A stretch of DNA of 64,000 nucleotides from Mobula hypostoma. Taxonomy: Eukaryota. A model generated the notes under the pieces. The model saw only the letters and a list, made by a program, of their open reading frames with translations, searched no databases and was not told the DNA's origin. The DNA is taken from NCBI RefSeq assembly GCF_963921235.1, contig NC_086097.1, positions 28,522,001-28,586,000 on the forward strand. The letters are read 5' to 3'. Positions 53,978 through 64,000 of this stretch are shown piece by piece (position 1 is the stretch's first letter; every line of letters starts with the position of its first letter). The translations under genes and the position numbers were made by a program.

Positions 53978-54633
53978 TGTAATGCCCTGGTTCATTTTTT
54001 TTTACTGTTATGCCGTATGTATTTCATTTTGTGCTGTTCTGGGAGAGCTGCTTGTGTTCTGCTTATGATTGGGTTACTGTTGAAGACAAGAGATGAGGAG
54101 AAATGTGTGCCATCCAATTAGGATGGTCGGATTAAGGGGAGATTTCTCTGGTGAGGGACACTAAGGTTGGGCTTGGGGCTTTTGTTCGAGAGGTTGATGA
54201 AGACAGAAGACACTGGGGAGAACTGGTTGTAGCATCTAATCCGGTAGCAGACCCGTTTGTGCGAGAAGGATTGTGCGTGACATTCGGAAGGCGGTGTGTG
54301 CTTTCACGTTGACCGAGCGCCCAGCTCATGAGGGACAGAGAAGTTCAAGATGAGCTCCAACTTGTGCACATTTGACTGTTTAATTAGAATGGACCGTTTT
54401 CTTTTTGTTATTCTTCACTAACCCTTTAGTTAAGATTCATAAATATAATTCCTTTAATCATATCAGTGTACCGTCTGTTATTTCATGGTATTAATTTGTA
54501 ACAGGGTAGCAAATGACAGCATCCTCAAACAGGGGTTTGGGGTGGGATCGATCACCCCTCAATCTCGCGAGTTTGGCGGGGCCGGAGGTCATCTTCCCTG
54601 GACTTATGCAGACAAGGGAACCAGGGTGTTTCA
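53978..54633 (+). mobile_element. Solo LTR (Gypsy-like)
   Basis: TGtaatgccctgg...ccagggtgtttCA inverted termini; 4-bp flanks ataa/atag; CCAAT box. Confidence 0.7.
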
Positions 54634-55629
54634 ATAGAAAAATACAGAACAGCAACACATCCTTCAGACCACATTGTCTGTGCTGACTATTACGCCAAAT
54701 TAAACTAATCCTATCTGCCCGTACATGGTCCATATCCCTCCATTCCCTTATGTCCATGTGTCTGTCTAAATGCCTTCGAATCACCATGACCAAGTTCCAC
54801 TTTCACTTCCACTCCCAGCAGCAAGCTCCAGGCACCTTCCACTCCGTGTAAAGAAAACTTACCGCAGATAAATGCACATTTATTTCTCCACTAAAATGCA
54901 TTCTACTGAAGTTAGTTACACAAGTCTAAGGATGCCTACAAGATCAAACCCCTCACTCAAGTCCTGTCAAATTTATTGTCATGTGCACAAAGACAAAATA
55001 AATGTATTATCAAAGTACACATATGTTACCATATACTACCTTGAGATTCATTTTCTTCCAGACATTTACAGAAAAACAAAGAAATACAGTAGAAATTTAC
55101 AAAAACTGTCTGTACATAGATAAAGACTAACAATGTGCAAAAGAAGAAAAACTGTGCAAATAAAAACATTGAGAACACGAGTTGTAAAGAGTCTTTGAAC
55201 GTGAGTCTGTCAGACGTGGAATCAGTTCAGAGTTGTGGTGAGGTACAGGTGCAATGAGAGACTTACTTACAGCACCATCACAGGCACATAAACACACAGA
55301 ATATAAATTATACCACACAGTGAAAAGATAAAAGACTGTGCAAAAACATGACCTCAGTGCATAAAACAAGGACACAATCAGATACAAGTCCGTCGCAGTG
55401 CAAGAGGTGGTCTGTAGAGTTCTGTTGAGATACGTAGGGTTAGAGCTGTACAGGTTGTTTCAAGAACTTGATGGCTGTGTGAAAGTAGCTGTTCCTGAAG
55501 CACCTTCTGTGCCACCTGCCTGGAGGTACCAGCAAGAAAAGAGCATGACATGGCATAACTAACAGGACGATAACTCATATCCATTTTGCCTGGGAATGTT
55601 AGGAATAAATAAAAAGGGAAAAGCCTTAC

Positions 55630-55788
55630 TTCCATCCTAGCCTTGTAGAAATCCACATCGTGTAGCCTCTCTCTGCACCGTATCAGTTCATTCTCCAATC
55701 TGTCCACTCGGTTCGCTTTCTCCCGCAGAGAGTCTACCTCGTCCTGATATGCTCTCACCGAGCGCGCATCTGTGGTCAACTGCATGTT
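55630..55788 (-). CDS. CCDC88C: CCDC88-family exon 2 of 10 (159 nt)
   Basis: ctcag| and |gtaagg. [53 protein letters not shown]; phase 0/0. Confidence 0.93.
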
Positions 55789-57207
55789 CTGAGAAGGAAC
55801 AGAGTTAAACCTTTAGTTTTACTGCCTTCACCCCACTACCAGGTTGTGAATCCAAACAGCAAAATTGAACTGGCAAATTGGTTTATTACTGTCACGTACT
55901 GAAATATAGGGAAAAACTTACCTTGCATGCTGTCCATTTAGATCATTGCATGATTTATTTAAATATAGAGACACAGCACGGAATAGGGCCTTCCAGCTCT
56001 ATGAACCACACTGCCCAGCAACTCTGATTTAACCCTAACCTAATCACACAACAACTTACAATGACTAATTGTCTTCGGCCTGTGGGAGGAAACCAGAGCA
56101 CCTGGAGAAAACCCACGCATAACAATGTATTGAGGTAGTTTGACGGAAAGCAACAACAGAACGCAGAATAAAGTGTTACAGCGACAGAGAAAGTGCACTG
56201 CAGACAGCCAATAAGGTGCAAGGTCATAACAAGGGAGACTGTGAGCTCAAGAGCCCATCTTATCAAACCAGGGAACCATTCAATAGACATCACAGACAGA
56301 AGCTATCCTTGAGCCTGGCGGTATGTATGTTCAGGCTCTTGCTTCTCCTGTCCAGTGGAGGGGGGAGAGAGAGAAAGAATGCCCAGGGCGGGTGGGATTG
56401 TTTATTACTGAGGCAGCATATCAAAGGTCAAGTGAGAATGGGAACTGAAGCAACTAAGTATTAGCCAGAACAAAAGGAATGTAAGAGGATGGTGAGTTTA
56501 AAGGCTGATAAATCCCAAGAACCCAATGATGCATGAGGAGTTTTTTTTGGGGGGGGAGTGCTTCAGAGATGAGGAATGCTCTGGTTAACATCTGATGTTA
56601 CCCTCAGGTGGAATTTCAGCATGATCATGCTGTATGATGGAGCAGACTCTGAGGATTCTGTGGACTATCCCTGCTCCTGGTTCTTAAATCCAGTTTTCCG
56701 GGAACTTAACAACATCTTCTCATTTTCAAAAACCCATTGAACGAAAGTTTCTACTCCACCTGACTCCTGGTCAATGTCTTCTTCACCCATCACACACCTC
56801 GTGCCAGCCCATGTCTCAGAGGGCCAAGTCAAATGTCAAAGAGTTTGAGTCAAGCTCTCCAGAGACCGCTGTAAATGAAGGCCAGACCTTCAATGTGGAG
56901 GGAGCTGGGCATCGCTAAGAGTACTATCTTACACAGCAGTTAAACTGAAGCTGCATCTGGAAATCAAAGCCAATGGCCACTTTTCTGGGGACAGTCAGGG
57001 AAGTTCTAGCCAGTGACTTTAGGCTCATATTCATATTGCACCCAACCACCACAGATTAGCTGCTCGCTATGAAATTATGGCTGATGGGATGAGACCATGT
57101 CCTGTGAAACAACATTTCAGAAAATAGTTCATTAGATGGGAAGACTTTGGGGTGGCCCAAATCCACTAAAGGTGTACAGAATTGGGAGATTTCCTTGAGA
57201 TACCCTA

Positions 57208-57815
57208 CGTAGGGTTCTCAGTAATATTAATTGTAATGTTAATTGTTGAGGCTGACAAAATGACTTCTCTAATGTTAACCGCTGAGTTAAGGGGTTCTCT
57301 GTAGCAGCATGTTTGGGCTATAATTAGTGATAACAGGACTTGTATTCATTTGTTAGCCAATGGACGTCATGTTATTCTATCTGTATATGTGGGAACTGGA
57401 GGGAATGCACGGGCTTTTCGTCGAGGAGAAGAGAAGAGGTCGGACGTGAGTCGAGCGCTCTGGTAGATCACCGGGAGTGATCCCAGCCGAGGGTCGACAG
57501 AGTTCGGAGGAGATCGATGGGTGGAAAGGATACCAGATTTTGTGAGCTCCAACAAATTATTTTGTGCACAGAACTGATAAATTTACTGACTTGGCGCCTT
57601 TATTGTATTTGGTTCTACTAACCCATCACCAAGAAATAATCATAAACTGTAATAATTTAATTGTATATTGTGTACTGTCTGATATTTTATGTCGTGGGCT
57701 TGTACTTGTACCAGGGTACATCACACGGTATCCACACCAACGCGATTACAGTGTTGGCGGGGTCAACGCCAGTTAACCTTAGACGAATGGAAGCAAATTG
57801 GGCAAAGACGCTACA
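57208..57815 (+). mobile_element. Solo LTR (Gypsy-like)
   Basis: cgtagggt...acgctaCA; TSD ccta at 57204-57207 and 57816-57819; CCAAT box. Confidence 0.7.
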
Positions 57816-59630
57816 CCTACTAGTAGTAGATCAGCAATTATCTTAACACTATTACAACACCAGTGACTGGGGTTCAATTCCCACTGTAAGGAGTTTTACA
57901 TTCTCCCTGTAAACACAAGGGGTCCTGTTGGGTGCTGTGGTTGGACATAGGGGGTTAGTAGATTCATTGGTCACACAGGTGTAATCGGGCAATGTGGGCT
58001 CATTGGGCTGGAAGAGTCTGCTACCGTGCTGTGTCTCTAAGTCTAAACTAATTTGGAGCAGAGAAAATAACCAAATAGGTTTATGCTGGCATCTAAACCC
58101 AGTGGCCATGTTATTAAGTACAGGGGTGTGGAGCCCAGTGTGGTCTTCTGGTGCTGTACCCATCCATTTCAAGTGTTGAAGTGTTGTGCCTTCACACATA
58201 CTCTTCTGCATACCATTACTGTAATTCGTTGTTACTTGAGTTACTGTCGCCTTCCTGTCGGCTTGAACCAGTCTGGCCACTCTCCTGTGACCTCTCTCAT
58301 GAACAAGGCATTTTTGTTCATGGAACTGCTGTGTGCATGTTTTTTTTTTGTTTATCACATCATTCTCTTTAAAGTCTATAATAGAGACTGTTGTACATAA
58401 AAATCCCAGGAGATCAACTGTTTCTGAGATACTCAAACTGCCGTCAGGCACCAACAATCTTCCACAGTCAAGGTCACTTAGGTCACATCTCTACCCCATT
58501 CTGATGTTTGGTCTGAACAACTGTGCCTCTAGACCATGCCTACATGTTTTTATGCACTGGGTTGCTGCCACATAATTGGCTGATTAGATATTGGCATTAA
58601 TGAGCAGGTATATAGGTGTACCTACTGAGTGTTTGCACCAATGGTATTCCTTTGAGAAACCTCTTCTCAAACTGAATACCAAGGGAGGCCTCCACTTTTC
58701 CTTGAGAGGCCAGGCATGACTGTGACTTTACACTTCACCTGAAGGACCGCAACTCTAATACCAAAGCAATCCAGCATAGCCGAGACTACACTGTATTCTG
58801 TTTTCTTTTTACTATCTTGATGCCCTTACATATGGCATGAACTGACTGGATGGCATGCGCACAAATGATTTTAGGTCCATAAGACATAGGAACAGAATTA
58901 GGCTATTCAGCCCATCAAGATTTCCCTGTTTATTATTCCCCTCAACCCCATTCTCCTGCCTTCTCCCCATAACATTTGATGCCCTTAGTAATCATGAACC
59001 ATCAACCTCTGTTTTAAGTACACCAAATGACTTACCATCTGTGGAAAAGAATTCCACAGATTGATCACCCTATTTCTAAAGAAATACTGCCTTATCTCTG
59101 CTCTAAAGCAATGTTCTTGTATTCTGAAGCTGTGCCCTCTGGTCCTATACTCACCCACTACAGGAAACATCCTCTCCACACCCACTCCATCTAGCCCTTT
59201 CAATATTCATCAGGTTTCAATGAGATCTTCCCCTCATTCTTCTAAACTTCAGCGAGTACAGACCCACAGCCAAATGCTCCTCCTATGTTAAAATTTCCAT
59301 TCTTGGGATTATTGTCAAACCTCCTCTGGGCCCTCCCCAGAACCAACACATCTTTTCTTAGATATGGGGTACCCAAAACTGATCAGCATTCTCCAAGTGT
59401 GGTCTGGCCAGTGCCCTATAAAGCCTCAGTGGTATGTCCTTGTTTCTCTCTTGGTTCACGTGACGATAATAAACCAACAGACTTTTTGTGCTCAAGTCTC
59501 TGGAATGTGACTCAAACCCACAGCTCCAGCCTCTGAATTCACAGGCAAGGGAGTATGTCCATTTAAATCGTGGTTAACGAAGTGGGCCAAATGCCTTGAG
59601 TTGACAGAACTCTTGCAGCAGACCCCTTAC

Positions 59631-59712
59631 CTCCTGTCGCAACCTCTGCAACTCTGCATCAAGTCGTTCCACTTCATTCCTGGAGTCAATGAGCTGTTCA
59701 GCTTTTTCTTCC
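59631..59712 (-). CDS. CCDC88C: CCDC88-family (Daple-like) gene, internal exon 1 of 10 in window (82 nt)
   Basis: Boundaries ccctag| and |gtaagg. One nt then EEKAEQLIDSRNEVERLDAELQRLRQE. Paralog assignment tentative. Confidence 0.9.
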
Positions 59713-60740
59713 CTAGGGATGTGTTGAGAGAAAGGAAAAGGTATTATTAAGGGCCCAAAGGCCTCATGTTCAACAATTTGTTGTGCATTGTTGAAGCACC
59801 TGCAGCTTTTCAAAGACAACCTCTTTCAAATCCTTCAACACAGGAAACACCCACCCCACCATTGAGCACATCTACAACGAGCACCGTCACAGGAGAGCAG
59901 CATGCATCAACAAGGATCCCTACCACCCAGGCCACGCTCTCTTCTCGCTGCTGCCATCAGATGGGAGGTTCAGCAGCCTTAGGTGCACGGTCCAACATTC
60001 AGTGCAAATGATTGCCTTGGATATCTGTCTTGCGATCGCAAAAGCCTGTTGGACATTGATAAGGTAGAACACTGCAAGTCTTGTCCACTGGTTCATTGGC
60101 GAGACCGACAGTGTAGGAGTTGCACGGCCTGGCTGTTGCGCGCACCAGGCCCTCATACCTGGAGGTCGCCTGTTGCAGCTGCCCAGTGGAGGAGACACTG
60201 AAGGCTGTGTGGTGTGGTATCTATGCTGGGCAGGGGGCTGGGGGCTTGACCTGCCTGTTGGGGCTGCTCTCCAGTGTTCACTTGGTGGAAGACAGGCTGG
60301 ATTGCATTCATTTGCAGCTGCACCAACACACGATGATTGGACTGCTGCAGGCTCGTTCTTGCCGACAGCAACCGATGTCCTATCAGTCTAACGGACATGA
60401 CACGCAGGGACTTGGGCCAAATTTTTTTTCATTTTTGTGACTGTACATTTACTGCTATCATAATTATGGGCTGTGTATGACTGTTGGTACTGTGTTTTGC
60501 AGCTTAGCCCCAGAGCAACGCTGTTTCGTTTAGGTGTATTCACGTATGGTTGAATGACAATTAAACTTGAACTTCAGCTCCCACATCACCAGGTTCAGAA
60601 ACAGTTATTACCCTTCAACCATCAGGCTTCTGTACTGGCGCAGATAACTTCACTCACCTCAACTCTGAATTGATTCCACAACCTAAAAACTACTTTCAAG
60701 GACTCTACAAATCATGTTCAATATTATTTATTTATTATTA

Positions 60741-61210
60741 TTTTATATATTTTTTCTCAGCTCAAATTGGTAAAACCTGAGGTATGGGCATAGCATACTC
60801 ATTTCAGAATTGCTAGGAACTTTTGGACTAATCCAGTAGTGTTTAGTATTGTGACTTTCTGGAGATTTACATGAATATTGCTGTGTAGGCTTAATTGTTT
60901 AATGCTATTGTGTAGTGACTTTGGGATGATACCAGTTGTACAAACATAGATTACTATTGGGACAATGTATACTCTGCTCATGTTCCATAGTCTTTCAATT
61001 TTCTCTTTTAATTCTGCATCTTTCTGGGGGCGGGGTGTCACTTATTGATTTCTGCATGTTATGTATGTTTGGAATGGCTATATCTATTAAGTAATTTGCT
61101 CTTGCTTGTTTATCCTGTAATATTATACCTGGCCAATTATTATGAATTGTCCTATCTGTAATAATGGCTTGTATGGTGTCTTTTATGAGTTTGTGCTTTA
61201 AAGCAAGATT
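60741..61210 (-). mobile_element. 3' fragment of an R4/Dong-like RLE non-LTR retrotransposon
   Basis: ITDRTIHNNWPGIILQDKQARANYLIDIAIPN (degenerate RPD..D) and ELKEKIERLW..VPIVI..TGIIPK. TSD tttattatta at 60731-60740 and 61211-61220. Confidence 0.75.
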
Positions 61211-61388
61211 TTTATTATTAATTATTATTATTTATTTTCTTTTTATATTTGCACAGTTTCTCTTGCACATTAGCTGTTGGTCTATCTTTGTTTATGTGTA
61301 GTTTTTAATCGATTCTATAATGTTTCATTCTTTCTAATGTGAATACCCACAAGAAAATTAATCTGAGGGTAGCATATGGTGACATCTA

Positions 61389-62602
61389 CAGTGGCATGCA
61401 AAAGTTTGGGCACCCCTGGTCAAAATTTCTGTTACTGTGAATAGCTAAGCGAGTAAAAGATGAACTGATTTCCAAAAGGCATAAAGTTAAAGATGACACA
61501 TTTCTTTCATATTTTAAGCAAGAAAACTTTTTTATTTCCATCTTTTACAGTTTCAAAATAATGAAAAAGGAAAAGGGCCTGAAGCAATAGTTTGGGCACC
61601 GTGCATGGTCAGTACCTAGTAACACCCCCTTTGGCAAGTATCACAGCTTGTAAACACTTTTTGTAGCCAGCTAAGAGTCTTTCAATTCTTGTTTGGGGGA
61701 TTTTCGCCCATTCTTCCTTGCAAAAGGCTTCTAGCTCTGTGAGATTCTTGGGCCGTCTTGCATTCACTGCTCTTTTGAGGTCTATCCACAGATTCTCAAT
61801 GATGTTTAGGTCGGGGGGCTATGAGGGCCATGGCAAAACCTTTAGCTTGCGCCTCTTGAGGTAGTCCATTGTGGATTTTGGGGTGTGTTTAGGATCATTA
61901 TCCTGTTGTAGAAGCCATCCTCTTTTCATCTTCGGCTTTTTTACAGACAGTGTGCTGTTTGCTTCCAGAATTTGCTGGTATTTAATTGAATTCATTCTTC
62001 TCTCTACCAGTAAATGTTCCCCGTGCCACTGGCTGCAACACAAGCCCAAAGCATGATCGATCCACCCCAGTGCTTAACAGTTGGAGAGGGGTTCTTTTCA
62101 TGAAATTCTGCACCCTTTTTTCTCCAAACATACCTTTGCTCATTGCGGCCAAAAAGTTCTATTCAAAAGGTTCAAAGGAACATCTAAACAAGCCTGATGC
62201 ATTTTGGAAACAAGTCCTGTGGACTGATGAAGTTAAAATAGAACTTTTTGGCCGCAGAACTAGAAGCCTTTTGCAAAGAAGAATAGGCGAAAATCCCCCA
62301 AACAAGAATTAAAAGACTCTTAGCTGGCTACAAAAAGCACTCACAAGCTGTGATACTTGCCAAAGGGGGAATTACTAAGTACTGCCATGCAGGGTGCCCA
62401 AACTTTGCTTTGGGTCCTTTTCCTTTTTTGTTATTTTGAAACTGTAGAAGATGGAAATAAAAAAGTTTTCTTACTTAAAATATTAAAGAAATGTGTCATC
62501 TTTAACTTTATGCCTTTTGGAAATCAGTTCATTTTTTACACACTTAGCTATTCACAGTAACAGAAATTTTGACCGGGGTGCCCAAACTTTTGCATGCCAC
62601 TG
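61389..62602. mobile_element. Rearranged Tc1 with two 3' ends
   Basis: TA|cagtggcatgcaaaagtttgggcacccc and its inverse. [10 protein letters not shown] on minus; WKQVLWTDEVKIELFG on plus. Confidence 0.88.
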
Positions 62603-63776
62603 TATGCACGTTCTTTGACAATAAATTTACTTTGAACTTTGAACAACACACTTTCGTCTTGGACTGGAGATAATTTCTGTTACACTGTGGGCAACAGGGA
62701 ATAAGCAGGTGCACATTATTCACTCTTCATAATAATGGCTTTAACCGGTGGAACGAGTCTTTCAGTAATTTAGACATGTGCAATTGAGGTGAGATTGGAA
62801 ATCTATCACCTTTCATTTACGATCCTAAAATTACCAGTAATGCTGCCTTTTCAATTCCTTTTCAGCTGAGTCAACAGAAGAAGTTCTGCTTCTTCTATGG
62901 CACCTCTGCAGTTCCTAACCAATGAGAATGAGGCTTCAGAAATACCTGTAACCCAACACCGTATCTAGTTAACCACCGCTCAACCTCTGATTCAATGTCA
63001 TAATAATCAAGGAGTCGGTTTTCACACTGCTCAGACTGGAACAGCCTCCTGGTGCTGAGCTGCTGAGACTGAAGAAGCCGTTTCTGAGTTTCAGATTTTG
63101 TCTTTACATAGTGCCTTTCACTGTAGCACAGCTGGTTTTACAGCCATCTGCATCCTTCTGAAATGCGGCCAGCGTGGGAAACATGACAGATAATTTCCGC
63201 ACAGAAACGTCACTTGTGCGTAACCAAACTTTCTATTTCAGAGATGTTGGTTGGCTGAACGCAAAGGACAAGAAAGGAAAACTCCCCTGCTCTTCGGAGA
63301 ATATTAAGAAGAACCTGAGGGAGAAGCCACAGTCTAAGATGGGCTGAATGGCCTGTTTCTATGTCGCAGTGCTCTATGACTCTATTGCATTGGTAACAAC
63401 TGCATGGGAGGTCAGTTTGGGGTGGGGGGTGGGGAAGGTGGCGGTTCACTTTAACTTTTAAAATGAACAACCCAACCTACAGCAGTAAGTTTGCAGATGA
63501 TACAAAGAAAGGTTGGTGATGTTTTGGATAGTGTAGAAAGTTGTCTGCTACAGCGGGACATTGATAGGAAGCGAGAGTTGGGCTGAGAAGTGATGAAGTT
63601 CAATCCAGAAAAGTGTGAAATGAGTCACTTTGAAAGGGCCAACTTGAAGGCAGGGTACAAGGTTAATGCAGAATTCTTAGCAATGTGGAAGAACTGAGGG
63701 CCCTTGGGGGTCATATCCATAGATCCCTCAAAGTTGTCTCACAAGTTGACAAGGTGGTTAAGAAGCCTTATAGTGT

Positions 63777-63881
63777 AAACAACAGGAATTCTGCAGATGC
63801 TGGAAGTTCAAGCAACACACATCAAAGTTGCTGGTGAACGCAGCAGGCCAGGCAGCATCTCTAGGAAGAGGTAGTCTGTTG
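63777..63881 (-). mobile_element. PLE terminal-repeat fragment in CR1
   Basis: TSD gccttatagtgt at 63765-63776 and 63882-63893. Confidence 0.75.
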
Positions 63882-64000
63882 GCCTTATAGTGTGTTGGCC
63901 TTCATTAGTCAGGAGATTCAATTCAAGAGCTGTAATGTGACTTTGCAACTCTATAAAACTCTGGTTAGACCATGCTTGGAGTAAGGTGTTCATTTTGAAT

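Noticed and set aside
53978..57815. A single provirus bounded by two LTRs
   Set aside because: The LTRs and TSDs differ, and the interior holds a host exon with no gag or pol.
62650..63300. Further upstream CCDC88 exon in a non-repetitive stretch
   Set aside because: I found no CCDC88-like peptide with matching splice sites; a conserved non-coding role cannot be judged here.

Overview
Vertebrate genomic DNA. The repeat repertoire (V-SINE/HE1-like SINEs, abundant CR1, Rex1/Babar, Penelope) suggests a cartilaginous fish; this is an inference. The window lies wholly inside one minus-strand gene of the CCDC88 (Daple/Girdin/Gipie) family. Ten consecutive internal coding exons (59712 down to 2314) all have GT-AG boundaries and splice in frame: 2377 nt, about 792 codons of coiled coil. 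Neither the start nor the stop codon is in the window. The introns are mostly nested transposon relics: CR1, RTE, L1, Rex1/Babar, an R4/Dong-like fragment, Penelope-like elements (PLEs), Tc1, hAT MITEs, Tigger, two solo LTRs, SINEs and a tRNA-Ser pseudogene. The most notable hidden signal is a dispersed family of minimal type-I hammerhead ribozyme motifs carried by the PLE terminal repeat. One copy with an intact core lies in the pre-mRNA sense (25433-25468). Also notable are a mosaic Daple/Girdin-like protein sequence, a Tc1 with two 3' ends, and a candidate CTCF/CpG element. All family assignments come from remembered motifs, not database searches. Outer edges of degenerate repeats are approximate.
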